Below, one piece after another: positions 54,198-58,481 of a stretch of 58,481 nucleotides of DNA. The number at the start of each line of letters is the position of its first letter. Position 1 is the first letter of the stretch. The notes under the pieces are model-generated. The model was not told the origin of the DNA, ran no database searches, and saw nothing but the letters and a program-made list of their open reading frames with translations. The position numbers were made by a program, and so were the translations under genes. Origin of the DNA: a virus (Duplodnaviria; Caudoviricetes); IMG/VR virus record IMGVR_UViG_3300034004_000010, positions 1 to 58,481 of that record; one strand, given 5' to 3'.

Positions 54198-55163
54198 CTA
54201 GCTGCCCTGGACGGACATGGACGTCTTCGCCAGCTTGCTCGCCTGCTCCCGCAGTGAGTCCACTGCGGACGCGAACTGGCGGGCGGTCGCCTCGAGCTCG
54301 TCGACCGCCGAGTCCATCTCGGCGCCGAACCCGCCGGCGCGGGACTGCTCGCCGATCACGTGGGCCTTCGCGGCGACGACGATGAAGTCGGACGCGATGG
54401 TCAGGGCGTCGATCTGCTGGGCGAAGTCCTGGACGGCGGTGTGGGTGCGCAGCTCGGTGGGGACAGGCATGGGTGCTCCGTTCGTCGGGGTAGGTGCAGT
54501 GCGGCCTGCCGGGCTGGTTCCGGCTGGCGGGTCCATGGGTGTGGGGAACGGCCAGTCCCCTGCGAAGCGGTTGCCGTCCTGGTCGATGGGGCCGGTGTAC
54601 CCGCCGTGCCGCAGGGTCCAGAAGCGGCGCTCCTTGTCCGTCAGGGGGGCGGGGTGCATGGCGTTCCACTCGGGCGTCCAGCGGTCCCGAATGGACGCCT
54701 CACTGTCGAGCTGCGGACTGTCCTCGACCGCCGGGGACACCTGTCCCGGGGGGGTGTCCTGGCCCTGTGCCTGCGGGGTGTCCTGCCTGTCCTCGCCGGG
54801 TGTCCCAGCGGCTGTCCTGGCCTTGTAGGCCTCCTTGGCCTGGCGCCACGCGGAGGCTGTCCCGGCGGCACCCACTGCACCTGCCAGGCCCACCGCCTTC
54901 GCGGTCTTCCCCGCAGCGAGGACAGCTCGCCCCGCCTTGCGCTGGGACAGCTTCTTGCTCACGGCGCCGGGCTGTACCGATCTGGCCCACCGCTGGCTGG
55001 CCCCAGCCTTGAACCCGCCCGGGACAGCCTTCGCGCCCGCACCGAGGCCACCCGCGACCCGGCCTGTCCTGGCCTTCGCGGGACCATCCGGGACAAGCTT
55101 CCAGGCGTACCGCCCAGCGACGATCAGGCAGAACAGGACCACGCAGGCCCGGACCAGTCCCAT
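54198..55163 (-). CDS. Membrane-anchored protein of the tra region with a C-terminal helical domain
   Basis: N-terminal TM, low-complexity linker with repeats, possible internal start at 54470 (GGAG RBS). Confidence 0.65.
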   Translation of the reverse strand: MGLVRACVVLFCLIVAGRYAWKLVPDGPAKARTGRVAGGLGAGAKAVPGGFKAGASQRWARSVQPGAVSKKLSQRKAGRAVLAAGKTAKAVGLAGAVGAAGTASAWRQAKEAYKARTAAGTPGEDRQDTPQAQGQDTPPGQVSPAVEDSPQLDSEASIRDRWTPEWNAMHPAPLTDKERRFWTLRHGGYTGPIDQDGNRFAGDWPFPTPMDPPAGTSPAGRTAPTPTNGAPMPVPTELRTHTAVQDFAQQIDALTIASDFIVVAAKAHVIGEQSRAGGFGAEMDSAVDELEATARQFASAVDSLREQASKLAKTSMSVQGS

Positions 55164-55612
55164 CACCCGAACCACCCGCTCGTCTGCTGCCGGGCCGGCT
55201 CACTGATCTGGTTCACGACGTGGCTGACGTTGCGGCCGAACTTCCCCGGGATCGCGCCCTGGGCCAACGCCGAGGGCAGGACCAGCAGGACAAGGACCAC
55301 CGGGACCGCGACCGACGACCCAGGGGCCAGGTTCTGCGGCAGGACAGCCTCGACCGCGAGGAACAGTCCCACGACCAGTCCCACGGCGATCGCCAGCCGC
55401 AGCCATGGGTTCAACCCGATGACGTACCCGATGAACCGGTACAGCGCCGTGGCGGTCGCCCAGTATCCGGCGACCAACGCCAGGACAGCCGCGACCAGCC
55501 CGACGATCGACATGATGACGCCCTGCCTGTTGCCGAAGTTCAGCCGCCCCGCGAGGGTCAGCAGCCCGACGGCGACAGCGGTCAGGAGCGCCGCGTACGT
55601 GTATGCCCTCAC
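55163..55612 (-). CDS. 4-TM membrane protein (Spd-like)
   Basis: AAGGAAGG RBS; four hydrophobic segments; TGATG-coupled to the next gene. Confidence 0.7.
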   Translation of the reverse strand: MRAYTYAALLTAVAVGLLTLAGRLNFGNRQGVIMSIVGLVAAVLALVAGYWATATALYRFIGYVIGLNPWLRLAIAVGLVVGLFLAVEAVLPQNLAPGSSVAVPVVLVLLVLPSALAQGAIPGKFGRNVSHVVNQISEPARQQTSGWFG

Positions 55613-55654
55613 GGGCTCGCCTTCCTTTCTGTGGTGGGTGCAGTGGGTCGGGAT

Positions 55655-55757
55655 GGGTGTCAGGGGGGGGGTGTCAGGTCCTGACGGTGTTCGTGCTCCG
55701 CCTCGCGCGCCCACGCACGTAGGGAGCCACCCCCTGACACCTGACGGACCCCCTGAC
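55655..55757. repeat. Cluster of CCTGAC / TGACACC repeats in both orientations
   Basis: GGGTGTCAGG at 55655 and 55669; CCTGAC at 55680, 55733, 55740 and 55752; intergenic. Confidence 0.7.
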
Positions 55758-55764
55758 TGTGCGG

Positions 55765-55968
55765 CTACTGGGGGCGGTGCTCGATCCAGCCGGCGTAGGC
55801 GTCCCACGCGTCGATCCGGTACCGCGTCCAATCCCCCAGACCGCGTGCCTTCACCTCGTTGCGCAGGACCAGCAGGCAGGCGAGTCGGTCGCGGGGCTTC
55901 ACGTCGCGGCTGACCTCGCCGCGGACGAGTCCCATCGCGTCTTCCTCTACGAGCCGCAGCCTGGTCAT
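55765..55968 (-). CDS. Hypothetical protein
   Basis: ATGA overlap. Confidence 0.55.
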   Translation of the reverse strand: MTRLRLVEEDAMGLVRGEVSRDVKPRDRLACLLVLRNEVKARGLGDWTRYRIDAWDAYAGWIEHRPQ

Positions 55969-56279
55969 GCAGCCTTCCGCTCCCCCGCCTCAATGGCGGC
56001 GACCTCGGCGCGGTCCCGCTCCCTGGCGACCCGGACTCGCTCGGGAGAGAACACGTCCACGTTCGGCGGGAGGTCGTACCGGTAGCTGCGCCGGATCGCG
56101 GGACCTACGGCGACGACGAGGATGAGCGCGAGGGCGACGGCCCCGCCGTAGACGGCACCGATGAACCCCCATGAGACGCCACCGAATCGGGCGACCGCGA
56201 AGGGGCCGAGGACGACAGGCGCGGCGAGGACGAGGTTCCAGCGGGTGGCCCAGGACAGGCTCGCCAGGTGCGCGATCAC
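55965..56279 (-). CDS. 2-TM membrane protein
   Basis: GTGA overlap; hydrophobic segments. Confidence 0.65.
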   Translation of the reverse strand: MIAHLASLSWATRWNLVLAAPVVLGPFAVARFGGVSWGFIGAVYGGAVALALILVVAVGPAIRRSYRYDLPPNVDVFSPERVRVARERDRAEVAAIEAGERKAA

Positions 56280-56557
56280 GCCGCCACCTGGCCTCGGTCG
56301 GCCCGGCGCCGCTGTCGGCGGATGGCCTGCCGCTCCTCATCGGAGGTCGCCCCCCAGATACCCCACTCGAACCGCTCGACGGCGTACTGCAGGCACTGCT
56401 CCATGACGGGGCAGCGACGGCAGACGGCCTTGGCGGCGAGGGTGTTGCCGCCCTTGTCGGGGAACCACTCGTCTCCGCCGACCTGCGCGCAGAGCCCGCG
56501 GGTCATCCACTCGGCGCCGTCGAGGTCGAGGTCGGCGAGGGAGTCGAGGCCGATCAC
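56276..56557 (-). CDS. WhiB-family transcription factor (second copy)
   Basis: W..RGLCAQ....WFPDKG...AKAVCRRCPVMEQCLQYA....WGIWGATS..ER. Confidence 0.92.
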   Translation of the reverse strand: MIGLDSLADLDLDGAEWMTRGLCAQVGGDEWFPDKGGNTLAAKAVCRRCPVMEQCLQYAVERFEWGIWGATSDEERQAIRRQRRRADRGQVAA

Positions 56558-56718
56558 GACGCTCTCCGCATGCAGGAGGAGCGGTGGCTACGGAGCTGGA
56601 AGTGTGACGGGAAGACTTGCGGGCAGAAGCCGCAGGGCCAGCCTGCCGAACCGCCACGCGGAGTGGGCTTGGCGGGCTTGGGAAGCTTGCTGCGACCCGG
56701 AACGCGACGGTCGATCAC
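56554..56718 (-). CDS. Mini C2HC zinc-finger protein
   Basis: GTGA overlaps; C-GF-C-PQV-F-PSHFQ-L-RS-H-RSS-C. Confidence 0.6.
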   Translation of the reverse strand: MIDRRVPGRSKLPKPAKPTPRGGSAGWPCGFCPQVFPSHFQLRSHRSSCMRRAS

Positions 56719-56978
56719 GACACACCCGCCCTGTCTGCGGCCTCGTCGGCGCGAAGGTCGCTGCGGGCGCCGTCGAGGGGGCCCGTGACGGTCCAGGCGG
56801 CGGCGCAGAGCGTCAGCGACGCCACCAGGAAGCTGATGTCGCCGGTGGCGACCATCGCAGCGAAGGATGCGACTGCGGCGGCCAGGGCAAGGCCGTAGGC
56901 ACCCCACAGGAAGCGGACGATGCGCCGCATCTCGGCGGGAGTGGGGTCCGGCAGGTCGGCGCTGTAGACGCTGGTCAT
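56715..56978 (-). CDS. 2-TM membrane protein
   Basis: GGAGG RBS, ATGA overlap. Confidence 0.65.
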   Translation of the reverse strand: MTSVYSADLPDPTPAEMRRIVRFLWGAYGLALAAAVASFAAMVATGDISFLVASLTLCAAAWTVTGPLDGARSDLRADEAADRAGVS

Positions 56979-57142
56979 GAGGTGCCTCCCCGGGTGATGA
57001 CGAGTGCGGTGACGCCGACCCCGGCCAGGACCATCACGACCACGGCGGGGACGTACAGGACGCCCTTGCTGCTAGCGGTGGTGACGGCGATGAGCAGGGA
57101 CGCGGCGAACAGGACGCCGAGCTGGGCACGCAGGTGCTTCAT
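56975..57142 (-). CDS. Small 2-TM membrane protein
   Basis: TGATG-coupled; MKHLRAQLGVLFAASLLIAV... Confidence 0.6.
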   Translation of the reverse strand: MKHLRAQLGVLFAASLLIAVTTASSKGVLYVPAVVVMVLAGVGVTALVITRGGTS

Positions 57143-57348
57143 CACGCCACCTGCTCCTTCTGCTCGCCCTGGCGGACGTAGGCGTCGATGGCGGCCCAGC
57201 TGGTGCGGACGCCGGACTTGCCGAGGGGGATCCGCGGCAGGGTGCCGTCGGTCATGAACTTGCGGATCTGGTCTTCGCTGCAGGCGAGGGCGACGGCCGC
57301 CTCGCTGACGCGGGCCAGGCGTGGCGCCTGGATAACTGCCTCGGTCAC
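57142..57348 (-). CDS. Excisionase-like (HTH_17/Xis) DNA-binding protein
   Basis: RVSEAAVALACSEDQIRKFMTDGTLPRIPLG..GVR....AIDAYV; GGAGG RBS. Confidence 0.8.
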   Translation of the reverse strand: MTEAVIQAPRLARVSEAAVALACSEDQIRKFMTDGTLPRIPLGKSGVRTSWAAIDAYVRQGEQKEQVA

Positions 57349-57367
57349 ATCGCCTCCTGTCATACGC

Positions 57368-57403
57368 TGTCGTGTGGTGCCGTATGCGTACGGTAGCACG
57401 ACA
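57368..57403. promoter_or_regulatory. Palindromic operator between the divergent GntR gene and the tra operon
   Basis: TGTCGTG...GCCGTA-tgcg-TACGGT...CACGACA. Confidence 0.6.
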
Positions 57404-57477
57404 CGTTGGGCGGTGCGCAAGTCCTATCGCTGGCGGGTCGGGCACACTGAGCGCATGCGCACGAACGGTCACGCCGG

Positions 57478-57783
57478 GTGAGCCCGCCGGAGAAGTGGCG
57501 ACAGGTCTACGAAGACCTCGCCGCCGGGATCCGCAGCGGCCAGTACGCGCCCGGCGAGGCACTGCCCGGGGTCATCCGCATCCAGGCGCAGTGGACCGTG
57601 TCCAACTCCACTGCCGTCCGGGCGTTGCGTGAGCTGGTTGCGTCAGGGTTGGCCGTCTCGGTCGCCGGCCGCGGGACCTACGCGGCGCAGGACTTGCCGG
57701 GTGAGGACGCAGCGCCCTCCCTTGCTGACCGCGTGGCCGAGCTCGAGCGGCGCATGGACGCCCATGAGCAGGGGCACGCCTAG
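57478..57783 (+). CDS. GntR-family repressor (KorSA/TraR-like)
   Basis: WRQVYEDL...I.SGQY.PG..LP......W.VS..T..RALREL...GL.....GRGTY. Confidence 0.9.
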   Translation: MSPPEKWRQVYEDLAAGIRSGQYAPGEALPGVIRIQAQWTVSNSTAVRALRELVASGLAVSVAGRGTYAAQDLPGEDAAPSLADRVAELERRMDAHEQGHA

Positions 57784-57793
57784 CCTGAACACA

Positions 57794-57836
57794 GAACGGC
57801 GCGTAGCCCCAGACTGGAGGGGGCTGCGCGCCGTTC
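57794..57836. terminator. Hairpin between convergent genes
   Basis: GAACGGCGCGTAGCCCC...GGGGCTGCGCGCCGTTC. Confidence 0.7.
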
Positions 57837-57850
57837 GCGTGTCCGGGGAG

Positions 57851-58342
57851 CTACAGGCGGGTCCACGCTCCGCAGCCGCGGGTCTCGAACGCCTTGTCGG
57901 TGCGGGCAATGGTGACGACCTTCCGGCCGCCGCCGAGGCCGTTGGCGAGGACGGACGACAGGTCCCCGTCGGTGTCCTTGAGCCGCGCCCAGTAGCAGGC
58001 ATCGCCACCCGGGGCGCGGTAGGTGCCGGGTGCGATGTCGGGCCCGACGAGGTAGGTGCCGTCGTCGGGCATGGACGCGGCAGCGGCAGCGGGGACGGGC
58101 TTTGGCGCGGGCTTCGCTGCCGCGGTCGCGGTCTTCGTCGCGGTCTTCGTCTCGGTCGCGGTGACGGCGCTCCCGGTGGTGGCGGGGCCGGCGTCGGTGG
58201 CGGGCGTGCCCTTCCCTCCGGCGCCGATGGCGATCCCTGCAAGGAAGGCGACGGGGGCGAGGACGCGGGCGCGACGCCACCACGCCCGCTTCGGGGCAGG
58301 GGTCGGGGGTGGCGGCGCGGGGTAGGCATGGGGCTGGCTCAT
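57851..58342 (-). CDS. Membrane-anchored extracytoplasmic protein
   Basis: TM plus Thr/Ala linker plus DGTYLVGPDIAPGTYR...CYWARL...FETRGCG.W domain; leaderless promoter TGG-C-TACGTT 7 nt before the ATG. Confidence 0.8.
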   Translation of the reverse strand: MSQPHAYPAPPPPTPAPKRAWWRRARVLAPVAFLAGIAIGAGGKGTPATDAGPATTGSAVTATETKTATKTATAAAKPAPKPVPAAAAASMPDDGTYLVGPDIAPGTYRAPGGDACYWARLKDTDGDLSSVLANGLGGGRKVVTIARTDKAFETRGCGAWTRL

Positions 58343-58379
58343 GGTGGCGAACGTAGCCAGCGAGAGGGCGCGGGCGGGT

Positions 58380-58481
58380 GGGACGCGGCGGGGATCGGGT
58401 GGACTGGGGATGGGGATGACTGGGACCAGATCGCCCGTTCGGTCGACCAGGGTGGCTTGACACCCTGTCATGACACCCTCT
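58380..58481. repeat. Direct terminal repeat, copy 2
   Basis: Identical to 19-120. Confidence 0.95.

Larger units (their letters stand above)
19..58481. mobile_element. Complete temperate actinobacteriophage (siphovirus) carrying a TraB-type transfer module
   Basis: Full head-tail-lysis, integration and replication modules; circular overlap; WhiB genes and high GC point to an Actinomycetota host. Confidence 0.9.

Noticed and set aside
51249-55612. Type VII secretion system
   Set aside because: There is a single ATPase domain with a winged helix rather than the tandem ATPase domains of EccC. No true WxG motif, mycosin or EccB/D was seen.
44275-58342. Left arm as an independent AICE inserted into the phage
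   Set aside because: I found no flanking direct repeats by eye and no AICE replication gene. The tyrosine recombinase is internal and surrounded by phage-type small genes. Not fully excluded without comparative data.

Overview
The window appears to be one complete, circularly assembled, GC-rich temperate siphovirus of an Actinomycetota host. Bases 19-120 are repeated exactly at 58380-58481, and the leading poly-G is probably a sequencing artefact. Modules in order: (1) a small operon with a ribbon-helix-helix gene; (2) a large serine integrase with an intact-looking attP, then a repressor/Cro switch; (3) recombination and replication genes (PD-(D/E)XK exonuclease, RecT-like, RusA-like, WhiB, GIY-YIG, Rep initiator, DnaB) and a secreted NlpC/P60 hydrolase; (4) a candidate structured ncRNA, two HNH genes, terminase, portal, head and tail genes with a -1 frameshifted tail assembly chaperone, and an unusually large modular set of receptor-binding proteins; (5) lysis genes and a thermonuclease; (6) a ~14 kb leftward arm. 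That arm holds a Cre-like tyrosine recombinase and what looks like an actinomycete conjugative transfer module: a TraB-like FtsK/SpoIIIE translocase with C-terminal winged helix, SpdB2/DUF2637-like and other membrane proteins, short clt-like repeats, an Xis-like HTH and a divergent GntR (KorSA/TraR-like) repressor. The main hypothesis is a phage that can also spread by TraB-type dsDNA conjugation (a phage-AICE hybrid). All product calls come from reading motifs and gene order by eye; no database searches were run.
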